From assembly GCA_964568345.1 (NCBI GenBank), contig CAZMPG010000001.1:1-53363 (forward strand): a DNA stretch of 53,363 nucleotides, given 5' to 3'. Source of the DNA: an uncultured Candidatus Saccharibacteria bacterium. GTDB lineage: Bacteria > Patescibacteriota > Minisyncoccia > Phycocordibacterales > UBA12088. Under the pieces are notes generated by a model. That model made no database searches and was not told where the DNA came from. It saw only the letters and a program-made list of their open reading frames with translations. Position numbers and translations under genes: made by a program. Each line of letters opens with the position of its first letter. The first letter of the stretch is position 1. Positions 25,547-33,043 of this stretch are shown here, one piece after another.

Positions 25547-25720
25547 ACGATAGACAAAAGACTACGGATAGCCCGCGGGACTATGGACAAAAGACCATAG
25601 AGATTATGGAAACCGCAGGAAATGAAACCCAATCACCCGCACCTATCGTCCCCCATAGTCCATTGTCTGTAGTCCCCGTGCATCCCATCGTCAGTAGTCT
25701 GTAGTCCCCGCACGCCCCCA
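25535..25720. repeat. Repeat-rich imperfect palindrome in a convergent intergenic region
   Basis: Two plus-strand units, CGGGACTATAGAC (25536) and CGGGACTATGGAC (25575), each with GACAAAAGAC. Inverted units GTCTGTAGTCCCC at 25666 and 25697, and CCCCCATAGTCC at 25650. Confidence 0.5.
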
Positions 25721-25725
25721 TCGTC

Positions 25726-27021
25726 TTAATCCTCCATCCCGCCCGTACTGCTTGCCTCGTTTCCCGGAAGCCGGAGCGCCCAGAGCTCGTCGCTCACCCG
25801 CTCGCGGAAGACGAGGAAGTCCTCAAGCGGTGTGACCGATATATCCATGATGTCGAACTGCCGCTGTACCTCCGCCTCGGGGTCCGCGAGGCGCTCCGAG
25901 GTGCCGCTTACGGTGTCGAAGCGCCAGAGCATGTCACGGGACACCGCACGGCCCTGGCGCCACGCCTCCTGGAACGCGTCGGTGCTCTGTGCGCTATCTA
26001 CAGGCACCGCACAGTAGACATATTTCCCACTTTCGCCCCACGCGCACTTCTCACGCATTGTGTACAGGGGGAGGTACACGAGTGACGCATCCTTGAGCGT
26101 CACGATGCGGAGCGAGGGGAAGCCATCTTCGCGCTCCTTGAGCCCGGTAAGCACGCGGTCTCCCGCCGGACTCACCGTGGTGCCGAGCGTGTATGCGGGG
26201 CCAATAGCCGGCTGTTTCGTGCGCTTCACAGGGTCCACGAGCCACGCGACGCCCGTCGCCGCGGGGGTGGGGTTCAGGTGTACCACAATGCTCCTCGTGC
26301 CGCCCCAGGAGGTCGTGAGGCTGCGGAAGGGGAAGCTTGTCACCTCGGTGCGCGCTCCGCCAGAGATCGGCTCGACGTAGAGGGTGGAGCCGCTGTTGGT
26401 CGGTTGGAGGTAGGCTACCGAGGCACCGTCGGGCGAGAACACCACCCCGCGCACGTCGTTGGGGAGCGGGCGCCCGTGGAGCCCCGCATTGGAAGACGTG
26501 CTCGTGGTTGCGGTCAGTGTGCCAAGGAAGGAGAAGAGGATATCACCCGCTTCGTTTTGGTAGCGGAGCGCGGTTGTTGAGCCGGTAGGCGACCATATAG
26601 CTTCGCCGACACGGAGAATTGTCTTGCGGGAGAGAGCCACGGGCTTCTCGACAGTATCGAGCGGCGCCTCAAAGACGTTGCCGTTTGCCCGCTCGACGTA
26701 GCGCACGACCGGTGTCGTTGCGAGGAGCCGGCGCACCTCGAGCGCAACAGCGCCCGCAGTGGGTGTGTCGGTGATGCGGCGGAGGAGCGGGAGCGCCGCT
26801 ACGGGAGCCTGGGTGTCGCCACCCTCCCCGGGATTCTCCGGAGTGGTAGCGGTGTCGCGGGGGGTGGTGCTTTCGACACCACGCTCGCTCGAGGTGTCGC
26901 CAAAGCCGCCTTCGCCCGAAGGGGTCTCCTTCCCGCTACCCCCGAGGAGCACCACCCCAAGCCCAATGAGGAGGAGGAGAAGCACCGCGATAGCGCCGAG
27001 GAGGAGACGTTTGTCTTGCAT
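25726..27021 (-). CDS. Membrane-anchored protein with PD40/TolB-like beta-propeller repeats (function unknown)
   Basis: N-terminal TM (LLLGAIAVLLLLLIGLGVVLL), a low-complexity linker, and repeats such as VVFSPDGASVAYL and IWSPTGSTTALRY. Last gene of the T4SS-like cluster. Confidence 0.6.
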   Translation of the reverse strand: MQDKRLLLGAIAVLLLLLIGLGVVLLGGSGKETPSGEGGFGDTSSERGVESTTPRDTATTPENPGEGGDTQAPVAALPLLRRITDTPTAGAVALEVRRLLATTPVVRYVERANGNVFEAPLDTVEKPVALSRKTILRVGEAIWSPTGSTTALRYQNEAGDILFSFLGTLTATTSTSSNAGLHGRPLPNDVRGVVFSPDGASVAYLQPTNSGSTLYVEPISGGARTEVTSFPFRSLTTSWGGTRSIVVHLNPTPAATGVAWLVDPVKRTKQPAIGPAYTLGTTVSPAGDRVLTGLKEREDGFPSLRIVTLKDASLVYLPLYTMREKCAWGESGKYVYCAVPVDSAQSTDAFQEAWRQGRAVSRDMLWRFDTVSGTSERLADPEAEVQRQFDIMDISVTPLEDFLVFRERVSDELWALRLPGNEASSTGGMED

Positions 27022-27022
27022 A

Positions 27023-27514
27023 CTAGAGCTGATTTATTGCAGTACACCGGGGGTCTGATTGTGGATTGGCACGGCACTGTTCTACTAGAGCGGCGGTTAT
27101 CTCATCTGGGGTCGGGCCCGTCCCCCCGGTACCGTTTGTCGCAGATCGAAACACATCGAATCGCACGAGGTCAGGGTTGATGGTCTTGAGGACAAGGATG
27201 GCGACGAGTACGAGGAGGAGGCCGCCGATGGCGCTCCCTATCTTATCCTTTGCATCGCCGAGTTTAACCGGCGTCTCCGATGTCATCCACACGAAGCCGC
27301 CGATGGCGACCTCAATGACCGCGAGCACCGCCGCGATGCCGACCGAAATGCCAACGAGTGCGTCGAGGAGTTCTGCGAAATCGCTTTTCCATACATTGCT
27401 CGAGATGAAGGGGAGGTGGGGGGAGAGCGGCACGTACTCTGCGCCAAGCACCCAGAGTGTGGGAACAAGCGCCATAGCGGTGAGGGCGAAAAGTGTGGTG
27501 AGGGTGCGTCTCAT
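27023..27514 (-). CDS. T4SS pilin-like protein (TrbC/VirB2-type)
   Basis: Signal peptide MRRTLTTLFALTAMALVP. TM1 (VGISVGIAAVLAVIEVAIGGFVWM), charged loop (GDAKDKIG), TM2 (GGLLLVLVAILVL). Confidence 0.6.
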   Translation of the reverse strand: MRRTLTTLFALTAMALVPTLWVLGAEYVPLSPHLPFISSNVWKSDFAELLDALVGISVGIAAVLAVIEVAIGGFVWMTSETPVKLGDAKDKIGSAIGGLLLVLVAILVLKTINPDLVRFDVFRSATNGTGGTGPTPDEITAALVEQCRANPQSDPRCTAINQL

Positions 27515-28566
27515 GGAGTGAAGGAGGTTGCCGGCTGTACCGCGGCCGTGTCGAAGGACACCGTCGTGCCGGCAGACACGCGCTGCTGCCAGATGTTGGT
27601 GTGCTGGATCAAGAGCGACACCTCCGCGCTCCCTGCCCCCTTCCCCTCGGGGCGGAGCACGAGGGATCCTATGGTGGTAAAGTCCTGGTCGCCGACCTGC
27701 CAGGCGTACGTGAGTGCCGGGTCGGAGCGTGAGAGTGCGCTTAGGTAGTAGGGCTCGGCGATGAGGGTCGCTTCCGCCGCCCTAATGCGGTACGCGTCGC
27801 CCAGTGCGCGGTGGTAGGAGACGCCGGTAAGGGGGTCGTCCTCGTAGAGCACGAGCTGCGGCTCCGCTGTGTCTACGACGAGGCGCTTCGTGGTACGTAT
27901 CGTACCGGTATCGTCCTTGACCTCGAGGAATATATCAAATTCGCCGAAAGGCACGTTGTTGGTGAGCGTTACCGACTGGAGGCCCTTTCCTGCCACATCG
28001 GGGGTGAAGCTCTTGTTCATGTACCACGCGTACATGAGCGTTGTGGGGTCGAGGAGCACCCCCTTAGGCCCCATGACACTCGGGAGCGCAAGGATCGTCA
28101 TGGGCGTCCCGGGAGCGTAGCGCGCTCTGCCGCCAAAAAAGGGCGGTGTGTAGCTCTTTGCCTCCCATACGAGGGCTACATCGGCGACTTGGAGGACATT
28201 CGTCGCCTCGATGGCCGTACCCTTCGTGTCGCGGAGGAGTACAGTGATGCGCATAACCTCGCCCAGTTTCCCCGCGGTGAAGGAGCATGAGGTGCCCCCA
28301 CTCGACTCCTTGATGACCACGCCATTTACCTTCCAGGTGACGAGTGCCGTGGAGCTGTCAACAGCGCTCGTCTGCACCTCAGCGGTCACCGTATCGCCCG
28401 GGCGCGGGTAGGGTGGGCTCACCTTGATGGCGATGCCGATGGGGGGGTTACTCCCAAAGAGCGCTCCCTGCGCGTCGGCGCGGTGTCCGAGCGCCACACT
28501 CCCACATGCGAGCAGTACGAGAAGGGTGCGCACCATTCGACGAGTACCCATAGGGAAAGTATACAC
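27511..28566 (-). CDS. Secreted protein with Ig-like repeats, unknown function
   Basis: Signal peptide (MVRTLLVLLACGSVALG). Beta-rich repeats. 4-nt overlap with the downstream pilin gene. Confidence 0.6.
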   Translation of the reverse strand: MYTFPMGTRRMVRTLLVLLACGSVALGHRADAQGALFGSNPPIGIAIKVSPPYPRPGDTVTAEVQTSAVDSSTALVTWKVNGVVIKESSGGTSCSFTAGKLGEVMRITVLLRDTKGTAIEATNVLQVADVALVWEAKSYTPPFFGGRARYAPGTPMTILALPSVMGPKGVLLDPTTLMYAWYMNKSFTPDVAGKGLQSVTLTNNVPFGEFDIFLEVKDDTGTIRTTKRLVVDTAEPQLVLYEDDPLTGVSYHRALGDAYRIRAAEATLIAEPYYLSALSRSDPALTYAWQVGDQDFTTIGSLVLRPEGKGAGSAEVSLLIQHTNIWQQRVSAGTTVSFDTAAVQPATSFTP

Positions 28567-28605
28567 GATGCTCGCTAGCTGGCGCCGCCTCCGGTGAGGA
28601 TAACC

Positions 28606-29196
28606 CTACGCCGGTGCCATGACGGGGTTGTCGACCATGTCCTCGTCGTCTCGGTACTGCCGTGGCTTTTGGGCAGCCGCATCCTTCGCTTTGCGTTCAT
28701 CCTCCTCCCGGGTTGCTTTGATGTGGAGCAGTACCGCGGTGGTGCACGCGGGAATGAGGATATTGAGTACGGGGAAGAACTTGACGATGAAGGTGGCGAA
28801 GTTGGTGAGGAACCGCTTCGGCGTTGCCGCCCACATGAAGACGCCGTGCGCCATGAACCATATAGTAAAGACGCCGGCAAAGAGGACGTTGCTGAGGACC
28901 GATGCAATTGCAAGGATGAGGGGGCCGAGGGTGATCATGGTGAGTGCGGCGGCAATTGCAGCGGTAATCTTTACACCGACCTGTATAACACACTGAGCAC
29001 CGTGCCAGACGTACCCCGAAATCCCCGCCCCTGCCGCCTTGATGCACTCCGTGCCGAGCGACGATATCCCATAGAATACGAGCGCTGCCGCAGCGATGAG
29101 TGCTGCGACGGGGAGGAGGTCGAAGAGGATGCCGACCGCGACCATGTGGCGGCGCGTGCTCTTCGAGATGCGGTAGGAGACCTGCTCTTCGCTCAT
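28606..29196 (-). CDS. Polytopic membrane protein of the T4SS-like cluster, unknown function
   Basis: About 5 hydrophobic segments. 4-nt overlap with the VirB4 stop. Confidence 0.6.
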   Translation of the reverse strand: MSEEQVSYRISKSTRRHMVAVGILFDLLPVAALIAAAALVFYGISSLGTECIKAAGAGISGYVWHGAQCVIQVGVKITAAIAAALTMITLGPLILAIASVLSNVLFAGVFTIWFMAHGVFMWAATPKRFLTNFATFIVKFFPVLNILIPACTTAVLLHIKATREEDERKAKDAAAQKPRQYRDDEDMVDNPVMAPA

Positions 29197-31019
29197 ACAC
29201 TTGCTTCACCCCCTGCGGCTATCTCTTCTCGCTCTTTCTTGATAGCGAGGAGCTGTGAGGGGTCGGAGGTGATGATTTGGTCCTCGGTGTACGAGGCGAT
29301 GATCTTCACCGCAACGTGCTTGTTGCCGGCAAAGAAGATGCCCTCCCCCACCTGCGACTCGAGGAGGAGGTACTTCTCCTCGTCGGTGAGGTTGAAGGTC
29401 GCCTGGATCTTGTCGATGGCGGTCGGCGACTGCTTGAGGAGCACCTGGATCGAAGAGTTTGTGATCATCGGCACGCCGTACGGGCTCTTGAGGAAGTCGT
29501 CCACGTCCTGGGTGATCGTCGCGAGGCCGAGGTAGTACTTGCGGCCGCGCTTTGCGACGCTGAAGAGAAAGCTTGCGGTGTCATTGCTCTTCATCATCCA
29601 CCACGCCTCGTCGACGACGAGGAGCCGCTTCTGGAGCCGCCGGCGCACCGCGGTCCATATGTGGTTCGTGATGATATACATTGCCGCAGCCTTGAGGTCC
29701 TCCTCCATGTCGCGTACGGAGAAGACGATGAACTTGTGGTTGATGTCCACGTTCGTTGGTTTGTTGATGAAGCCCGCCCACGTGCCCTTCGTGTACTTCG
29801 TGAGCCGCACCATGATGGACTCGCTCCCCTCCATACCGGCGAGCACGAGCTCGAAGTCGGAGAGCAGGGGCGGGGTGAGGTCGGTGAAGTCGGTGTTGCC
29901 GGTTATTTCCTTGAGTGCGTACGTCTCGGTGATCGCGCGGTCAATGAGCGCATCCTCCTCGGGGGTGAGGCCGCCGAGGATGATGCGGAAGAAGCCAACG
30001 AGGGTGATGATGTTTTGTCGGAGGAGTTCCGCAGGATTCTCATCCTCGTGGACCGGCGGTAGGTCGAAGGGGTTGATGTGGTGCTCCGAGGAAAGGGAGA
30101 TGTTGAAGTAGTGGCCGCCGGTTGCGTTTGCCATGTACTCGTACTCGCGCTCGGGGTCAATGACAATCACCTCGACGTCGAACATGAGCGAACGGAGGAC
30201 CTCGAGCTTCGTTGTGTAGCTCTTGCCCGCGCCCGACTTAGCGAAGAGGACCGAGTTGTAGTTCTCCATCGAGTAGCGATCGAAGAGGACGAGTGAGTTG
30301 TTGTGGAGGTTGATGCCATAGAGAACCCCTTTTTCAGAGGTAAGGTCGAAGGAGATAAAGGGGAAGATAGACGAGAGTGGCGCGGAGTTGAGCTTGTTGT
30401 GGACCAAGAGCTCGTCGGTACCGAGGGGGAGGATACTCCGGTAGCCCTGCTCCTGTTGGAAGAGTGCGGGTTTGAGGTACACCATCTGTGCCTCGAGGAT
30501 GGACTTCACCTTCGTCTCGACCTTGTCGAGGAGCTCCTTGGTCGGCGCGTAGACCGAGATGTACACGCCGACGTCGAAGAGGCGCTCCTGGGCCTGCTGG
30601 AGGGAGTCGCGGAGTGACTCAAGGTTCTCGTACGCAGCATCAAGCATTGGGTCGCGCACCATGCCGCGGCTCTCGCGCTCGTTTATTTGGCTTTGCACCT
30701 CCGCAACCTTTTTCTGAAACTTCTTGAGAACAGGCGCGGTTTCGATAGGGTGGATGAAGATGGAGATGTCGAAGACATGCTCGAGGTTGATGATAGGAGC
30801 GAACCAGTTCTCGGTGAGGTACCGCGGGTACGAGATCACGAAGAATACCCGGGAGACCTTCTCGCCGAGGTTGAGCTCGCGCGGCGTTATTTCGAGCGCC
30901 GAGGGAGCAAGGACATCCTTGAGCTCGAGGCCGCCCGCGTTCACGACGTCGCGCGGGAGTATGTGGTCGAGCTCCACCGTTTCGACCGCACCTTTTTTGC
31001 TGAACGAGAAGAGTCCCAT
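29193..31019 (-). CDS. VirB4/TrbE-family T4SS ATPase (ATPase portion)
   Basis: Walker A FAKSGAGKSYTTK, Walker B RLLVVDEAWWMM, GLATITQD. N-terminal LAPSALEITPRELNLGEKVSRVFFVISYPRYL is typical of VirB4-like proteins. Confidence 0.9.
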   Translation of the reverse strand: MGLFSFSKKGAVETVELDHILPRDVVNAGGLELKDVLAPSALEITPRELNLGEKVSRVFFVISYPRYLTENWFAPIINLEHVFDISIFIHPIETAPVLKKFQKKVAEVQSQINERESRGMVRDPMLDAAYENLESLRDSLQQAQERLFDVGVYISVYAPTKELLDKVETKVKSILEAQMVYLKPALFQQEQGYRSILPLGTDELLVHNKLNSAPLSSIFPFISFDLTSEKGVLYGINLHNNSLVLFDRYSMENYNSVLFAKSGAGKSYTTKLEVLRSLMFDVEVIVIDPEREYEYMANATGGHYFNISLSSEHHINPFDLPPVHEDENPAELLRQNIITLVGFFRIILGGLTPEEDALIDRAITETYALKEITGNTDFTDLTPPLLSDFELVLAGMEGSESIMVRLTKYTKGTWAGFINKPTNVDINHKFIVFSVRDMEEDLKAAAMYIITNHIWTAVRRRLQKRLLVVDEAWWMMKSNDTASFLFSVAKRGRKYYLGLATITQDVDDFLKSPYGVPMITNSSIQVLLKQSPTAIDKIQATFNLTDEEKYLLLESQVGEGIFFAGNKHVAVKIIASYTEDQIITSDPSQLLAIKKEREEIAAGGEASV

Positions 31020-31020
31020 A

Positions 31021-31704
31021 CTATGTGGTGAGTTGGTCGGTAAGGTCAGAGAGCGAGACGGGACGGTCGAGCTCGCCGATATTGAAGAGGCGGTAGAAGA
31101 GCTCGATCACCTCCTCGGTGCCGAGCTGCGCGGTGCGCACGCCACAGCGGCTGAGACCCTGGGAGACGAGGGAAACCCGTTGCTCCATCTGGCTCCGGTA
31201 CTCCTCGAAGATCTGTGGGGTGAGCTTGGCGAGGCCTTCCTCGGGGCTCGCAAACAGTGCGCCGATCCCCCCCCGTACGCCCTGCCCCGGGCCAAAGGCT
31301 GGCGGGCTGTACGGTACGACGACGTAGAAGCCCTTGGTCATGATGCTCGACCCCTCGACAAAGCTCCGTACGAAGTCTATGTACTCACGCACCTGGATCT
31401 TCATGAGCTCGCTCTGCTGCTCGCCGTAGCGCTGCTCAAGGAGTGTGAGGTAGGGGCGGATGTCGAGCTCTCGCGACTGCACGAAGACTTGCACCGAAAA
31501 GTCGAGCGAGTTTAGGAAGCTCTGGAATTGGGCGAGGATGGCTTGCTGCTCGTCTGCCGACTTGAGCACGATGTTTATCGAAGACGCCATGAGGACGGAG
31601 CGTATCGAGCCGTCGCGGAGGATGAGGATGCCGTCGCGCACCTGCTCGATGGGCACGAAGTCTTGGCTCGGGGTGGCGCGGGTGCTGTGCTGGGGGGCGG
31701 GCAT
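31021..31704 (-). CDS. VirB4 N-terminal-domain-like protein (separate ORF)
   Basis: FVPIEQVRDGILILRDGSIRSVLMASSINIVLKSADEQQAILAQFQSFLNSLDFSVQVFVQSRELD resembles the N-terminal region of long VirB4/TraE-type ATPases. Its stop lies 1 nt before the ATPase ATG. Confidence 0.55.
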   Translation of the reverse strand: MPAPQHSTRATPSQDFVPIEQVRDGILILRDGSIRSVLMASSINIVLKSADEQQAILAQFQSFLNSLDFSVQVFVQSRELDIRPYLTLLEQRYGEQQSELMKIQVREYIDFVRSFVEGSSIMTKGFYVVVPYSPPAFGPGQGVRGGIGALFASPEEGLAKLTPQIFEEYRSQMEQRVSLVSQGLSRCGVRTAQLGTEEVIELFYRLFNIGELDRPVSLSDLTDQLTT

Positions 31705-31707
31705 ACG

Positions 31708-32127
31708 TTAGGAAGGTTGTTCACCGCTCTCCTGGGTGTCGAGGTTCCACGCGAGCTCCTTGAGGCGCGACTGGGTGAGGTGTGGGGTGAGGGGGCGTGT
31801 GGGCGCCGCGCTTGCGGCTGCTGCGTGCGCGGCGGCGTGGTGCTTCCCTACCCCCTTCTTCCAGAGGTAGAGCTTGTTGCGGAGCGTGTAAAAGACGGCG
31901 GCGTAGAGGGAGGAGATGAACGGTCGTTCGTTTATCTTCACGAAAGCAAGCGCAAACGCAAGGATGCCGATCGGTGTGCCGAAGATGACGGTGGAGAAGA
32001 AGCCGAACTCCGTGTAGAGGAATACCGCAAAGCCCAGAGCGCCACCGACATAGAGCCCCTGCTTGAAGGTGAGCGGGCCAAAGACCTTATCCTCGAACTC
32101 TATGAACTGTGGTACGGAAAAGCGCAT
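31708..32127 (-). CDS. PrgI/VirB3-like small membrane protein
   Basis: MRFSVPQFIEFEDKVFGPLTFKQGLYVGG followed by two TM segments. Position immediately upstream of VirB4. Confidence 0.55.
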   Translation of the reverse strand: MRFSVPQFIEFEDKVFGPLTFKQGLYVGGALGFAVFLYTEFGFFSTVIFGTPIGILAFALAFVKINERPFISSLYAAVFYTLRNKLYLWKKGVGKHHAAAHAAAASAAPTRPLTPHLTQSRLKELAWNLDTQESGEQPS

Positions 32128-32142
32128 GTGCTGTGGGTACTA

Positions 32143-32190
32143 CTCCTATCCTGGCGTTGTCATTGCGAGCGTGAGCAGAGCAATCCACGT
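32143..32190. repeat. Fragment related to the MITE-like element core
   Basis: GTCATTGCGAG (32159-32169) ... AGCAATCCACG (32179-32189) matches copy A at 994-1004 and 1018-1028. The preceding CTATCCT motif is also shared. Confidence 0.35.
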
Positions 32191-32233
32191 GGTCGGTGCG
32201 GTGTGGTGTATGCAGTATACCGCCCGCCGCCCC

Positions 32234-33040
32234 CTACGGTATCGACTCGCGGTACGGGTCGCGGTTGATCTCGTCGCGGGTTGCGGCTACGTTCTGTGGT
32301 GCCGGTGCGCTGCCTGTGGTGGCGGGGTTCGCACTTCGCTTGTTGCTACTAAGTGCCCGGAGTATCTCGGTCCGCACCGGAGCGAAGACAAGTTCCTCAA
32401 GGCCATGGAGTAGGTGCTCGCGCTGGTCCTGATCACGGAGGATAGAGGTACTTATGAGCTCTCGGAATGCCGCAATGGGGAGTGCTCCCACCGCGACACG
32501 GAGCACACCATCCCGGAGTGCCGCCGTCTGTGAGTCGGTGAGCGAGTACCGTGCCGCTATGTGGTCAACGGCTTGTGCAGCGGTGCTCGAAGCAAGGTAG
32601 GTGCGTACCGTTTCGGGAAGGCGTGCCGCGTACTCCCGCAGCTCGGGGTCACGGATGAGTCTTTCGGCAAGGGGGGTCTCCTTTTCACTCGACCCATTGA
32701 GGGTGACGCCGTGGGAGAGTTGCGCAGCCCCATCCCGCTTGTCCGCTTGCGCGGTGCAGGGGAACACCTCCTTGAGGAGTGCCTGGTAGAGCCGTGTTGC
32801 AGCGTCGGCGGGGAGTGCGAGCTCTTGGGCAATGAATTCCGCAAGTTCTTCGCGGGTGCAGAGTCCCACGACGGTGCCGACGAACAGGTTGCCGAGCCGC
32901 ATGAGCTGGTCGTTAGTGAGATTTTCGCCCTGTCCGGCGTGGGTGAGCGCATTAGCGGTCTCCTGCGCGAGGAGTGCGTCCTGCAGTGTGGGCGCAAGAA
33001 CGCGGAATTGTTTGTCGAGTTGTTCTTTGGTGAAGTGCAT
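32234..33040 (-). CDS. Hypothetical protein of the T4SS-like cluster
   Basis: 268-aa ORF in operon context, 4 nt after the upstream gene. No family recognised. Confidence 0.55.
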   Translation of the reverse strand: MHFTKEQLDKQFRVLAPTLQDALLAQETANALTHAGQGENLTNDQLMRLGNLFVGTVVGLCTREELAEFIAQELALPADAATRLYQALLKEVFPCTAQADKRDGAAQLSHGVTLNGSSEKETPLAERLIRDPELREYAARLPETVRTYLASSTAAQAVDHIAARYSLTDSQTAALRDGVLRVAVGALPIAAFRELISTSILRDQDQREHLLHGLEELVFAPVRTEILRALSSNKRSANPATTGSAPAPQNVAATRDEINRDPYRESIP

Positions 33041-33043
33041 AGG

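Noticed and set aside
25535-25720. CRISPR array.
   Set aside because: The units are only 12-13 nt long, occur in both orientations, have irregular spacing, and have no cas genes nearby.
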